A stretch of DNA of 64,000 bases from positions 292-64,291 of the forward strand of contig JBAVTZ010000173.1 of NCBI GenBank assembly GCA_049696515.1. Reading direction: 5' to 3'. Below are positions 1-9,189 of the stretch, in pieces. Every line of letters begins with the position of its first letter. The stretch's first letter is position 1. Origin of the DNA: Candidatus Cybelea sp. (GTDB lineage: Bacteria; Vulcanimicrobiota; Vulcanimicrobiia; Vulcanimicrobiales; Vulcanimicrobiaceae). The position numbers and the translations under genes are program-made. Under the pieces are notes generated by a model. That model was not told the DNA's origin. It saw only the letters and a list, made by a program, of their open reading frames with translations, and did no database searches.

Positions 1-711
1 GCCGTGCCGCGCGGACTAGCCGAGCGCGCGACGCGCATTTTAGGCACGACCGTCTGCGGCGGTTGGGGCACGACTGAGTCGGGTCTTGGATCGCTCGCGG
101 CACCCGGCGACGAACCGGCAAAGGTCTGGGGAACCGACGGGCGCGCGCTGCGTGGAATTCGGTTGCGCATCACCGACGCGAATGGCCGTATCCTCCCGGC
201 GGGTGAAGAGGGACACTTCGAGGTTGCGTCACCCACGATGTTCGAGGGGTATGCAGACCGTCCCGAGTGGACCGCTGCCGCCTTCACTCGTGACGGTTGG
301 TTCCGCACTGGAGATCTCGGCGTGATGGACGAGTCGGGATATGTGCGGATCACCGGCCGCGTACGCGACGTGATCAATCGCGGCGGAGAAAAAATTCCCG
401 TCGCCGAAGTGGAACAGTTGCTCAGCGACCACCCGGCAATCGCCGACATTGCAATTGTTGCAATGCCCGACCCGCGCCTAGGCGAGCGGGCCTGCGCATT
501 CGTCGTGCTTCGCAGCGGAGCGTCCTTCGACTTCGATCGAATGTGCCACTATCTCAATGCATGCCAGGTCGCCAAACAGTACTGGCCGGAACGGCTCGAA
601 ATCGTCGCCGAGCTCCCGCGCACCGCATCGGGTAAGGTTCAGAAGTACGTCCTGCGCGAACGCGCCCGGGGGCTGCGCCCGCACGAGCGCATCCGGGAGC
701 GGATCTCTTGA
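1..711 (+). CDS. AMP-dependent acyl-CoA synthetase/ligase, C-terminal fragment (5' end lies outside the window)
   Basis: The frame is open to the window edge. C-terminal adenylate-forming motifs are present: GWFRTGDLG, RVRDVINRGGEKIPVAEVE, PRTASGKVQK. Confidence 0.85.
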   Translation, partial: AVPRGLAERATRILGTTVCGGWGTTESGLGSLAAPGDEPAKVWGTDGRALRGIRLRITDANGRILPAGEEGHFEVASPTMFEGYADRPEWTAAAFTRDGWFRTGDLGVMDESGYVRITGRVRDVINRGGEKIPVAEVEQLLSDHPAIADIAIVAMPDPRLGERACAFVVLRSGASFDFDRMCHYLNACQVAKQYWPERLEIVAELPRTASGKVQKYVLRERARGLRPHERIRERIS

Positions 712-1883
712 AACAGCTCGAGCCCGCGGCCAGGTTCGACGAAGCGTCGTTTGCGGCGCTGAAGGAAGAGATCGCGGCGTACGTCGCGGGACCGGCGGAG
801 GTTTGGGCGCGGCGCATCGAGTCGGAGCGACAGGTTCCCTCCGAACTCTGGGAGGAGCTGCGCGTACACGGTTATCTTTCGCTCGCCGCTCCTGCCGCCT
901 ATGGCGGCCGCGAGATTCCATTCGCCCGGTATTTAGAGCTCGTCGAGCTCTTCTCGATGTCGCACGCATCAATACGCATGATCGTTCACGTCGTCAACGG
1001 CACGTGGCGAGCGATGGACCGCTTCGCTAACGACGAGCAACGCCGGGCGTTCGTGCTCCGGTCGATCAAGGGGGAACTCAAGATTGCCTTCACGTTGACC
1101 GAGCCTACCGCGGGCACCGGCGCCGATCTCCGTTGCAGCGTCGTCCGGGAGGGCGAGACCTACTATTTGAGCGGCGAGAAGCACCTCATCACGTTTGGAA
1201 CGATCTGCGACTACTGGCTCCTCTTCGCGCGACTTGCGGGCACGCGCGGTGCCGACGGAACCGTTGCGCTGCTCGTTGGCCGCGACTCGCCCGGCGCAAC
1301 GGTCATCGCGATGGACGAATCGATGGGCGTCCGCGGCACCGATCACGCGCGCTTGATCTTCGAGCGCACGCCGGTCCCGCTTGCCAACCGTCTGGGTGAG
1401 GAAGGCGACGGTTTAGAAGTCGCACTCGGCGGATTTCTGACGCCGAGCCGCATCTCGGTCGCGATGAGCTGCGTCGGTCTTGCGCGTCGCGCCCAAGAGC
1501 TGGCCGTCGAGTACGCGCGCCAGCGTGAGACGTTTGGAAAGAAGCTTGCCGAGCGTCAGGCGATCCGCTTCATGATCGCCGAGAATGCGACCGACATCGA
1601 GGCGGCGCGCCAACTCGTGCTCTATGCCGCGCGGCAGTGGGAAGACGGTGCGGCGGATGCCCAGATGCTCTCGTCCATGTCCAAGCTTAATGCCGTCGAG
1701 ATGCTGACGCGCGTGAGCGACAAGGCGCTTCAGATCCACGGCGGGATCGGATTCTGGCAGCCGAACGCGATCGAACGCGTCTATCGAGACGCGCGAGCGC
1801 AGCGCTTCGAAGAGGGAACGAACGAGATCCAAAAGACGGTGATCGCCCGCCGACTGCTCGACGAAGCGAGGACCGGCGCATGA
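708..1883 (+). CDS. acyl-CoA dehydrogenase
   Basis: Motifs [19 protein letters not shown] and EGTNEIQ. The TTG start overlaps the upstream stop (TTGA). Confidence 0.9.
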   Translation: MKQLEPAARFDEASFAALKEEIAAYVAGPAEVWARRIESERQVPSELWEELRVHGYLSLAAPAAYGGREIPFARYLELVELFSMSHASIRMIVHVVNGTWRAMDRFANDEQRRAFVLRSIKGELKIAFTLTEPTAGTGADLRCSVVREGETYYLSGEKHLITFGTICDYWLLFARLAGTRGADGTVALLVGRDSPGATVIAMDESMGVRGTDHARLIFERTPVPLANRLGEEGDGLEVALGGFLTPSRISVAMSCVGLARRAQELAVEYARQRETFGKKLAERQAIRFMIAENATDIEAARQLVLYAARQWEDGAADAQMLSSMSKLNAVEMLTRVSDKALQIHGGIGFWQPNAIERVYRDARAQRFEEGTNEIQKTVIARRLLDEARTGA

Positions 1884-2686
1884 GTCGCCGCTTTGAGCAG
1901 AGGGTCGCCCTTATCACCGGAAGCTCGCGAGGAATCGGCCGAGCCTTGGCGCTGACGCTGGCGCGCGATGGGGCAGGCGTGGTCGTCAACTACAACAGGA
2001 ACGCGGATCTCGCGGCCACGACGGTGCGCGAGATCGAAGCGCTCGGCTCACCAGCGATCGCGGTACAGGCCAACATGGAGGTGGCCGACGAAATCGATTC
2101 GCTCTTCGAGCGTGTCGCAACCGAGTTCGGGCATCTCGACTATTTCGTTTCCAATGCAGCCGCGAGTTCGTTTAAAAAGATCGCCGATTTGAAAGCACAT
2201 AATCTCGACCGGTCGTTCGACCTCAACGTCCGCGCCTTCGTTCTTGGCGCGCAACGGGCCGTAAAACTCATGAACCGCGGCGGGCGGATTGCGGTGCTCT
2301 CGAGCTACGGCAGCGTGCGCGCGTATCCCACCTATGCCAATCTCGGTTCGAACAAGGCGGCAATCGAGGCTTGGGTTCGGTACATGGCGGTCGAGTTCGC
2401 CCCCTCCGGCATCAACGTCAACGCGGTCAGCGGGGGGCTGATCGACACCGAATCGTGCGCGTACTTTTACGAGAACGTTCCGGGTATGGCGCCGATCGAC
2501 TCGGTGTTAGCCAAAATTCCGAAGGGACGAATGGGAACCGCTCAAGAGATCGCGGACACGGTCGCCTTTCTACTCGCGCCCGAGTCGGAATACATCACCG
2601 GCCAGACGATCTGCGTGGACGGCGGTCTGAGCGTTATTGCCCCGCCCTTTTTCGACGACACGTCGTCGCCGCTAACTTTAACCTAA
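1880..2686 (+). CDS. SDR-family oxidoreductase, FabL-like enoyl reductase type
   Basis: Cofactor motif [11 protein letters not shown] and a Tyr-x6-Lys arrangement ([10 protein letters not shown]). ATGA overlap with the upstream gene. Confidence 0.75.
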   Translation: MSRRFEQRVALITGSSRGIGRALALTLARDGAGVVVNYNRNADLAATTVREIEALGSPAIAVQANMEVADEIDSLFERVATEFGHLDYFVSNAAASSFKKIADLKAHNLDRSFDLNVRAFVLGAQRAVKLMNRGGRIAVLSSYGSVRAYPTYANLGSNKAAIEAWVRYMAVEFAPSGINVNAVSGGLIDTESCAYFYENVPGMAPIDSVLAKIPKGRMGTAQEIADTVAFLLAPESEYITGQTICVDGGLSVIAPPFFDDTSSPLTLT

Positions 2687-2697
2687 GGTCCTGCACC

Positions 2698-4734
2698 ATG
2701 TTCGAGCGCGCGCTGCAAGCCGGACGGATCGGCACGCTGCGGCTTCCCAATCGCATCATCATGGGTTCGATGCACCTTGGGATCGAATCGGACGGCGGCG
2801 CCTTGGCCGCATTCTACGCGGAGCGAGCCCGCGGCGGGGCCGGCCTTATCGTTACCGGCGGGTCGGCAATCAGCCGAGTTGGCGCCGGCGGCCGTAACTA
2901 CAGCTTCGTCAACGATCCCGCCAGCGCTGCGGCACTCGGCCAAGCGGCGGCAGCCGTGCATGCTGCCGGCGGACGCATCGCGTTGCAGCTTTTTCACGCT
3001 GGGCGATACGCCTTTCTCGCCTCGTTCGGTCTGCGTCCGGTTGCGCCGTCGGCGGTACCGTCGCGCTTCTCACCCGATCTTCCGCACGCACTCGGCGAGG
3101 CCGAAATTCTCGAAACGATTCGCGACTTCGTGCGCGGGGCGATTCGCGCGCGCGAGCTCGGATTCGATGCCATCGAGATCATGGCGTCGGAGGGTTACCT
3201 GCTCAACCAGTTCCTCTCGCCACTGACGAATCGGCGCCAAGATGCCTGGGGTGGCGACTTCGAACGGCGCATGAACTTTCCGCGTGCGGTACTGCGTGAG
3301 GTGCGCTCGGGCGTCGGGGACGATTTTCCGGTTATTTTTCGCATCTCGGGCGCCGACCTAATGAAAGACTCCACCACCGCCGAAGAGACGCTCGCGTTTG
3401 CGCGGGCCCTGGCAACCGATGGCGTGGACGCGCTCAATGCCGGCATCGGCTGGCACGAATCCTCGGTTCCCACCGTCCAGCAAATAGTGCCGAGCGGCGT
3501 GTGGGTGCGCTACGCGGCGGCGATCAAGTCTGCGGTCGGCGAGCTTCCGGTAATCGCCAGTAATCGCATCAATAGCCTGGCCGCGGCCGACGACGTCCTG
3601 GCCGCCGGCAGCGTGGATTTTATCTCGATGGCGCGCGCCTTTCTGGCCGATGCGGAGATCGTCGCAAAAGCCGCGCGTTCCCAAGTGGAGCTGGTTAACA
3701 CGTGCATTGCCTGCAATCAGGCGTGTCTCGATCGATCGCTGCTCGACGAGCCCGTATCCTGCATGGTAAATCCGCGAGCCGCGCGCGAACGAGAGTTTCC
3801 CGAGCAACCGGCTGCGCGGGCGAGCGCGGGAAACTTTGCCGTAATCGGTGGCGGCCCGGCAGGAATGGAGAGTGCGCGCGCTCTCGCCGCTCTTGGCCAT
3901 CACGTCGAGCTCTTCGAAGCGCAACCCGAGCTCGGGGGACAGTTTCGCATGGCGCGGCGCGTGCCGGGAAAACGCGATTTCGGCGAAACGATTCGCTACT
4001 TCGACCACGAGCTGGCGCGACTGGGTGTCGTAGTGCGGCTCGATCATCGCATCACCGATGCAGGCGTCTTGCGCGACTTCGACGGCATCGTACTCGCAAG
4101 CGGCGTCGTCCCACGCCGCGCGGCGCTTTCGGGCAGCGATCTCCCTCACGTTCTTTCGTACGCCGACGTCCTATTGCACGATCGCAGCGTTGGACCACGC
4201 GTAGCGATCGTGGGTGCCGGCGGAATCGGCGTCGACGTCGCGCACTACCTGAGCTTCGGCGAAGCAAACGTTGACGAGAGCTCGCGATTTCTCTACGAAC
4301 AGGGGTTGGCTGCGCCTTCCGATGGCGGGCTGCTCGTAGTCGGACGCAAAGCAGTCGCGTTGCTGCGCCGCGGTTCCACGATCGGCGAGCGCATCGGCAA
4401 AACGACCCGCTGGGCCGTGATGCGGGCCTTGCGCGCGGCCGGCGTTGCGACCTACCCGAACGTGACCTACGACGCGATCGTACCCGGCGGCATTCGGATT
4501 AGGGATGCCGATGGGAAGCAGCGCTTGATCGACGCCGATACGGTCGTCATTGCCGCCGGGCAAGAACGCAACGACGCGTTGCTCCCGTCCATCGAGCAGC
4601 TGGGTATTGCGTATCGCCTCGTCGGGGGCGCGCGTGACGCGACCGAGCTCAATGCGGTGCGCGCCTTCGACGAGGGACTACAGGCTGCTCACGCGCTTTC
4701 GCGCGAGTTAGCTCAGGGCGCTAGACGCGGATGA
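2698..4734 (+). CDS. fadH: NADPH-dependent 2,4-dienoyl-CoA reductase (OYE-like barrel plus FAD/NAD domain)
   Basis: Starts MFERALQAGRIGTLRLPNRIIMGSMH. Fe-S motif CIACNQACLD and dinucleotide motif VIGGGPAGME. The tracked ORF from 2371 is an in-frame upstream extension overlapping the SDR gene. Confidence 0.85.
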   Translation: MFERALQAGRIGTLRLPNRIIMGSMHLGIESDGGALAAFYAERARGGAGLIVTGGSAISRVGAGGRNYSFVNDPASAAALGQAAAAVHAAGGRIALQLFHAGRYAFLASFGLRPVAPSAVPSRFSPDLPHALGEAEILETIRDFVRGAIRARELGFDAIEIMASEGYLLNQFLSPLTNRRQDAWGGDFERRMNFPRAVLREVRSGVGDDFPVIFRISGADLMKDSTTAEETLAFARALATDGVDALNAGIGWHESSVPTVQQIVPSGVWVRYAAAIKSAVGELPVIASNRINSLAAADDVLAAGSVDFISMARAFLADAEIVAKAARSQVELVNTCIACNQACLDRSLLDEPVSCMVNPRAAREREFPEQPAARASAGNFAVIGGGPAGMESARALAALGHHVELFEAQPELGGQFRMARRVPGKRDFGETIRYFDHELARLGVVVRLDHRITDAGVLRDFDGIVLASGVVPRRAALSGSDLPHVLSYADVLLHDRSVGPRVAIVGAGGIGVDVAHYLSFGEANVDESSRFLYEQGLAAPSDGGLLVVGRKAVALLRRGSTIGERIGKTTRWAVMRALRAAGVATYPNVTYDAIVPGGIRIRDADGKQRLIDADTVVIAAGQERNDALLPSIEQLGIAYRLVGGARDATELNAVRAFDEGLQAAHALSRELAQGARRG

Positions 4735-6002
4735 AAACCGAGTGATGGAAAGGTCAACGCCGGAATCGGTGCCGTTTTGCCGGGACGGATCGGCGAATCC
4801 AGCTTGACTTTGGATGCAATCAATATCTCAGTGCCGACTTGCTCCGCGCTGAGTTTTCCCCAATCCCCGGCGCTCATCACCCAGCCGTTGGCGTACGTAT
4901 CGTTGACGTAATTCTCGACGATGCATGCAAACCAATATTGGCCATTGGCGAGCTGCGCGAGGTAGTACTGGGCGTCGTACGCGTCGACGAATCCCTGGAC
5001 GGGGTCCAAGTCCGCGAAGTTTTCAACGACCTTGGTTGATGCCTGCCCACGCCGCGAAGCGCAGTCCGAAGGCATCTTCGTCGCACCTATGACGTGAAAG
5101 TTGTCGAAGTAGAGCGTGTGCGGAAGGGGACCATGCCCGGGGTACCAGTCGGGAACCTTAACCGTTCCCGGCTTGAACGGTAACGGCTGTTTACCGCTCG
5201 ACTTCACGTCAATGAAGCCGCCCTTGGCTAACGCAAAGGCTTGGGTGAGTTCGTTGAATCCGGCGGCCCGCTCGGCGAGCGTATAGATCGAGGCTTTAGC
5301 CAGCGAAACGTTGGTGGTCGAGGCGTAGTTGTCTTGGTTCTTCGCGCCGTGCAAGTTCGAAAACGAAGTCTGGCCCTCGTACGTGCCGTCGGCCGCCTCG
5401 GTGTAAGCGGTGTTCTCCGCAAAGGGGTTCTTGCCGCCCTGAGCCTGGTTGACGTAGGAGGTGTGGTTCGCAGCGGCACTCCACCGGCGCCCGGTCGTTA
5501 GCGGAAAGTCGAACGAGTTCTCACTATTGGGGTACGTATCCATCCCGGTTTCGGTGAACGAACCCTGGGCTAAGGTGAAGTTATCCGAAAAAATAATCTG
5601 GGCGATGCCTCCATTATGTTCGAGGAAGCCGATTGCCGAATTGAGATTTTCGACCGAACCGCTCTTCGATTTGATTCGTTCGAGCACTGCGTAGGTACCG
5701 GTCTTTTTGTCCAGGGCAAACTTAACGGTCGTGAGGCCGGTGTCGCTGCCCTTCTGTTTGACCGGTTTGGCAGTGGGCCCGGCCCAAGTCGTGGTCGTCC
5801 ACTGGTTCGTGTACGGATAGGGAATCGTGACGGGTGCCGTAACGGGTGGCGTTGGCGACGTCAGCGGCACCGGGTTACGGAAAGCTTGCTGCTCCGTCAG
5901 CGGTAGGGAGCTCGTTCCGGTCGCGTGGCTGGAACAGGCAGCAAGTGCTACCGAAAGTCCGGCAGCAAATGTTAATCCGAGTCTGGGAAGATATCGTAGC
6001 AT
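4713..6002 (-). CDS. lipoprotein of unknown function
   Basis: Internal ATG at 6002 preceded by GGAGG. Signal peptide with lipobox LSVALAACSS. Lower GC than its neighbours. Convergent 22-nt overlap with the fadH end. Confidence 0.6.
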   Translation of the reverse strand: MLRYLPRLGLTFAAGLSVALAACSSHATGTSSLPLTEQQAFRNPVPLTSPTPPVTAPVTIPYPYTNQWTTTTWAGPTAKPVKQKGSDTGLTTVKFALDKKTGTYAVLERIKSKSGSVENLNSAIGFLEHNGGIAQIIFSDNFTLAQGSFTETGMDTYPNSENSFDFPLTTGRRWSAAANHTSYVNQAQGGKNPFAENTAYTEAADGTYEGQTSFSNLHGAKNQDNYASTTNVSLAKASIYTLAERAAGFNELTQAFALAKGGFIDVKSSGKQPLPFKPGTVKVPDWYPGHGPLPHTLYFDNFHVIGATKMPSDCASRRGQASTKVVENFADLDPVQGFVDAYDAQYYLAQLANGQYWFACIVENYVNDTYANGWVMSAGDWGKLSAEQVGTEILIASKVKLDSPIRPGKTAPIPALTFPSLGFHPRLAP

Positions 6003-6091
6003 GGGAATACCTCCAAAATGTAGCGTACGACCTAGCGAAGATATTCCCAAAAAAATGGCGGCGTCCCTCACGGCGCCGAGCGCGCCGTCTC

Positions 6092-6370
6092 CTAAGTTGC
6101 GGTCTTCAAGAGCGATTGAAGCTGCAAAACGTGATTTGCGAACGCGTCGCGCCCCTCTTGGGTGAGACGGTATCGAGTGAGCGGGCGTCGATTAACGAAG
6201 CTCTTCTCCTCTTCGACGTAGCCGGCATCCAGGAGCTTCGTGAGATGAGCGCCCAGATTGCCGTTGCTCACCTCGAGCGAGCGCGCGAGTTCGGTAAAAG
6301 TGACCCAGTCGAAGTTCAGAAGCTCGGCTACGACGCCCAACCGCACCTTTGACAGCAGCAGCTCGTCCAT
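6092..6370 (-). CDS. small winged-helix transcriptional regulator (HTH_34/ArsR-like)
   Basis: 92 aa. Helix-turn-helix region FTELARSLEVSNGNLGAHLTKLLDAGYV followed by a wing. Lies 12 nt downstream of a membrane-protein gene. Confidence 0.65.
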   Translation of the reverse strand: MDELLLSKVRLGVVAELLNFDWVTFTELARSLEVSNGNLGAHLTKLLDAGYVEEEKSFVNRRPLTRYRLTQEGRDAFANHVLQLQSLLKTAT

Positions 6371-6382
6371 AGTGGGTTTCGC

Positions 6383-6967
6383 TCAATCGCGAGCGAGCAG
6401 CTCGCTCGCTCCAAAGCCCGCGTAACCCGCCAGCATCCCGGCACCTAAAATGTACCCGGCAATATTCGATGGGGCGAAGTTGGCGACGATCAGCGAAACC
6501 ACGACCAACAGGCCGGCGACCTGAGCGCGGCGGTTGCCGTGCATGCCAATGTAGAGCAGGACGATCGCCTCGGCCACGCTCCAGATCGCCGCAGCCGCGA
6601 TCCCCGGAAATATTCGAAACGCCGCGACGTTGACGACGAAAGCCAGCCCTAACGTCAGCCAGAGAACGTTGAAAAACTCGCGCTGCACCAGCGAGCTTCG
6701 CTGGAGCACCCGTCGCGTCAGGCGGCCCCGCACGATGGAAAAGACGGCGCACGCGCCCAGCACCAGCGGGACCGACCAGAGTGCGGCAGGCGGCGCCAGA
6801 CCCCGGTCGACGAGTTGGAAGAGGATGGTGACGAAGGCCGAGCCCACCCCCCACACCACGAAGTACTCGGCTCCCGTACAGAGCCGCTGGTGCGACTCCA
6901 CCAGAATGCGGTTCACCATCTCGAGGTGATCGCGGGCCTCCGAGGCTCCTATGCTCTCCACGATCAA
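6383..6967 (-). CDS. polytopic membrane protein, unknown function
   Basis: Several hydrophobic spans. The candidate TTG start at 6967 overlaps the upstream stop (TTGA). An alternative ATG lies at 6919. The upstream part of the tracked 262-aa ORF looks non-coding. Confidence 0.5.
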   Translation of the reverse strand: MIVESIGASEARDHLEMVNRILVESHQRLCTGAEYFVVWGVGSAFVTILFQLVDRGLAPPAALWSVPLVLGACAVFSIVRGRLTRRVLQRSSLVQREFFNVLWLTLGLAFVVNVAAFRIFPGIAAAAIWSVAEAIVLLYIGMHGNRRAQVAGLLVVVSLIVANFAPSNIAGYILGAGMLAGYAGFGASELLARD

Positions 6968-7149
6968 ACCGCTCGCATTCCGAGCAAGAGTCCTGCGGCC
7001 ACCACCGCGGCGACTGCCCAGACGATCGCGTTGGCCCCCGGTTCCCCTTGAAGGAGCCGCCAGAGAATCAGCATGGCCCAGCCGTAGAGCGCCCAAACGA
7101 AGAAGACTTTTCCGAGGCAGGGCTGGTAATGAGGTGCAACGGTATTCAT
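6964..7149 (-). CDS. 61-aa two-TM membrane protein (or the N-terminal part of a frameshifted larger gene)
   Basis: ATG at 7149 preceded by GGAGAAAG at good spacing. Hydrophobic sequence FFVWALYGWAMLILW ... AVAAVVAAGLLLG. Confidence 0.45.
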   Translation of the reverse strand: MNTVAPHYQPCLGKVFFVWALYGWAMLILWRLLQGEPGANAIVWAVAAVVAAGLLLGMRAV

Positions 7150-7188
7150 ATCTTTCTCCAGAGTAATCCATTTTATAGACTAATCTGA

Positions 7189-7217
7189 GTTATACTACCG
7201 CAGCCGAAGCATGTCAA
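7189..7217 (-). promoter_or_regulatory. sigma70-type promoter for the membrane/HTH/lipoprotein operon
   Basis: On the minus strand: TTGACA, a 17-nt spacer, then TATAAC. About 40 nt upstream of the ATG at 7149. Confidence 0.45.
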
Positions 7218-7242
7218 GTCCGGGCGAGAGCCGCAAGCGGCG

Positions 7243-7271
7243 TTGACGCTGCGCCCGCTCCCTGGTATCGT
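7243..7271 (+). promoter_or_regulatory. sigma70-type promoter with extended -10, upstream of rplU
   Basis: TTGACG, a 17-nt spacer, then TGgTATCGT. The -10 ends 9 nt before the rplU ATG and no SD is visible. Confidence 0.4.
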
Positions 7272-7280
7272 ACCGAAGTC

Positions 7281-7595
7281 ATGTACGCGATCATCGAGTC
7301 CGGCGGCAAACAGTATCGTGTCGCCGAAGGCGACGTTATCCGCTGCGATTTGATCGCCAGCGAGGTCGGTTCCGACGTCACGTTCGACCGGGTCATCCTG
7401 GCTGGAACCGAGGAGGCGGTGAAGGTCGGCGCCCCCACGCTCGACGGCGCCTCCGTCTCGGGAACCGTCTTGCGGCAGGCCAAAGACAAGAAGATTATGG
7501 TCTTCCGCTACAAGCCCAAAAAGCGCGTCCGCAAGTTGAACGGTCACCGCCAGCCGTTCGCCGAAGTCAAGATCACCAAGATCACGCTGCCTTAG
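7281..7595 (+). CDS. rplU: 50S ribosomal protein L21
   Basis: MYAIIESGGKQYRVAEGD ... full-length L21 signature. Confidence 0.95.
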   Translation: MYAIIESGGKQYRVAEGDVIRCDLIASEVGSDVTFDRVILAGTEEAVKVGAPTLDGASVSGTVLRQAKDKKIMVFRYKPKKRVRKLNGHRQPFAEVKITKITLP

Positions 7596-7609
7596 ACTCG
7601 AGCGCCGGC

Positions 7610-7969
7610 ATGCTCGAGGTCACCCTTTTTCGCGACCAACGCAACCACCTTAGCGGCCTTTCGGCCCGCGGCCATACCGATTTTGCCGAGCACGGCGAGG
7701 ACATCGTATGCGCCGCGGTTTCGGCGATTCTCCAGGCTGCGCGGCTCGGATTGGAAGCCTATGCTGGGGAGGGACTCGATTCTCGACAGGGGCCCGGCGA
7801 ACTTGGAATCGATTTGGATGAGGGCGCGCGCGCGCAGGAAAGCGTGCAAGCGATCCTCGTCACCGCAGAACTCGCGGTCGAGCATATCGCGCGCCGCTAT
7901 CCGGATCATGTCCGTCTGCAGCATGAACGGGTCGGTGGAACCGTTGGAAGCGAGACTTCCGGCGGGTAA
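7610..7969 (+). CDS. prp: ribosomal-processing cysteine protease Prp (YsxB family)
   Basis: Sits directly after rplU. His/Cys dyad context GHTDFAEHGEDIVCAAVSA. Confidence 0.8.
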   Translation: MLEVTLFRDQRNHLSGLSARGHTDFAEHGEDIVCAAVSAILQAARLGLEAYAGEGLDSRQGPGELGIDLDEGARAQESVQAILVTAELAVEHIARRYPDHVRLQHERVGGTVGSETSGG

Positions 7970-7999
7970 GCTACTCGGCAGAACGAAGGAGATTACACC

Positions 8000-8287
8000 A
8001 TGTCTGAAAGCTTTCGCACGACGCCGCCTGAACAACCCTGGTCGAGTTCGGCCAATCCTGGCAACGGCTATCAAGGTCCCTTCGGAGAGCAATCTTCGCA
8101 GCATGACGAGGACAGCGGCGAAGCCGGCAAGGTCGTGCTCGTCGGAGTTCTCGGCGGACTGCTTTCAGCGGCTGGGTATTTGATCTATCGCCGTCTCCCC
8201 GACGAGCAAAAGGAGCGGCTTCACACCCAGGTTCGCACGCTCGTGCAGCAGCGAATTACCGAGATTCGCCAAAACTTCAACATCTAA
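8000..8287 (+). CDS. hypothetical single-TM protein with a disordered N-terminus
   Basis: AAGGAG lies 8 nt upstream of the ATG. TM segment VVLVGVLGGLLSAAGYLIY. It occupies the position where rpmA is normally found. Confidence 0.55.
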   Translation: MSESFRTTPPEQPWSSSANPGNGYQGPFGEQSSQHDEDSGEAGKVVLVGVLGGLLSAAGYLIYRRLPDEQKERLHTQVRTLVQQRITEIRQNFNI

Positions 8288-8356
8288 AAAGCCCTGATTT
8301 AGCCCATCTCTTTGTCGCCTCGGCCTGGACTAAATTTGGGCTTTTGCCCTTGATTT
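8286..8356. terminator. bidirectional intrinsic terminator-like hairpin between convergent genes
   Basis: AAAAGCCC ... GGGCTTTT outer stem with inner ATTTAG/CTAAAT pairing. T-runs follow on both strands. Confidence 0.5.
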
Positions 8357-8596
8357 TTAGATTTTGGGATCGAGCAACGATTGGTCGGGCTCGGGTTCGC
8401 GGGGCACCGGGGGCGGCGCAATCGGAGGCTCGGCGGTTTCGGCAGCGCGTTCCATTTCGCTGACAAAGGCTTGTGAGGTGCTCTGCACTTCGCGCATGAA
8501 GCGGCCAGCCTGACGCATGACCTTCGGCAAGCGATCGGGGCCAAAGAGCAAGAGCGCAAGGACCGAAACGACGAGGATGTCGGGTACCGAGAACAT
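8357..8596 (-). CDS. tatA: twin-arginine translocase subunit TatA/E
   Basis: N-terminal TM plus the LLLFGPDRLPK motif, then an amphipathic helix. Confidence 0.85.
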   Translation of the reverse strand: MFSVPDILVVSVLALLLFGPDRLPKVMRQAGRFMREVQSTSQAFVSEMERAAETAEPPIAPPPVPREPEPDQSLLDPKI

Positions 8597-8685
8597 CGCG
8601 AGCTATGCTTCCCCGGCAGGAGCCGACTTCCGCCGCCGGCGGCTGACGTAATCCCGCTCGCCCGGAAGGGGTAACCTGCGCGACC

Positions 8686-9189
8686 GTGCAAGCATCACGC
8701 CCGCCCGTGAAGATCATTTACACACGCGGCAACCGCACGGAAACGCTGGCGTCGCTGGCAACGTTGCGGAAGATCCTCAACCGGTTCGTTGCGCACCGCG
8801 TCTTCTATGAAGTCTCGAGCCGCAGCAAACGCGGTCACGAGTTCTTTTCTACCAAGAACGTTTTCGTAGTCGGGCTTATCGAAGTAACCAACCTCGAACA
8901 CCTCAAGATTCTGATCTTCGACGCCCATAGTCAGGCGCATTCGATCGAAATTCTCAATCCGCAGACGATGCGCATCTACGACGAGTTGCCCGGGCGAGGG
9001 TTTGCCGTCTCCTTCATCAGTGAGAGCCCTAACGACGCCGAGACACGCTGCTACATTCGCGACGAGGGCGAAGATGGCGATCGAATCCACGAAAAGACCG
9101 GGCTTGAGAAGATCACGCTGCCACAACTCTTCGAATACCTCGAGGAGATCACTACCGCCGAATCGGCCGGCAAAAACTCGCCGCGTTAG
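8686..9189 (+). CDS. hypothetical protein (strand assignment uncertain)
   Basis: The plus frame prefers C-ending two-fold codons (ttc, atc, gac, aac), like neighbouring genes, and stays coding-like beyond 9126. The antisense ORF 8695..9126 is enriched in gat/aat/aga/ata. Confidence 0.45.
   Translation: MQASRPPVKIIYTRGNRTETLASLATLRKILNRFVAHRVFYEVSSRSKRGHEFFSTKNVFVVGLIEVTNLEHLKILIFDAHSQAHSIEILNPQTMRIYDELPGRGFAVSFISESPNDAETRCYIRDEGEDGDRIHEKTGLEKITLPQLFEYLEEITTAESAGKNSPR

Noticed and set aside
2371-2697. N-terminal 109-codon extension of the tracked fadH ORF.
   Set aside because: It overlaps the SDR gene in another frame and translates to Arg-rich sequence. The canonical N-terminus MFERALQ... 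begins at the ATG at 2698, 11 nt after the SDR stop.
3358-4149. Long antisense ORF (263 aa) opposite fadH. Similar shadows occur at 14045..14710, 15533..16168, 25454..26251, 32581..33270, 43637..44500, 52338..53441, 53883..54959, 56238..57029, 60176..61144 and 61224..62312.
   Set aside because: These are Arg/Pro/Ala/Gly-rich low-complexity translations with no motifs, each opposite a gene with clear family signatures. They are the expected shadow ORFs of GC-rich DNA.
8695-9126. Minus-strand 143-aa ORF that would form a TPR-X-tatA same-strand string.
   Set aside because: Its codon usage (gat, aat, aga, ata, gta) is atypical for this genome, and the opposite frame remains coding-like beyond its boundaries. 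It is kept as an alternative in the findings and not listed as a feature.
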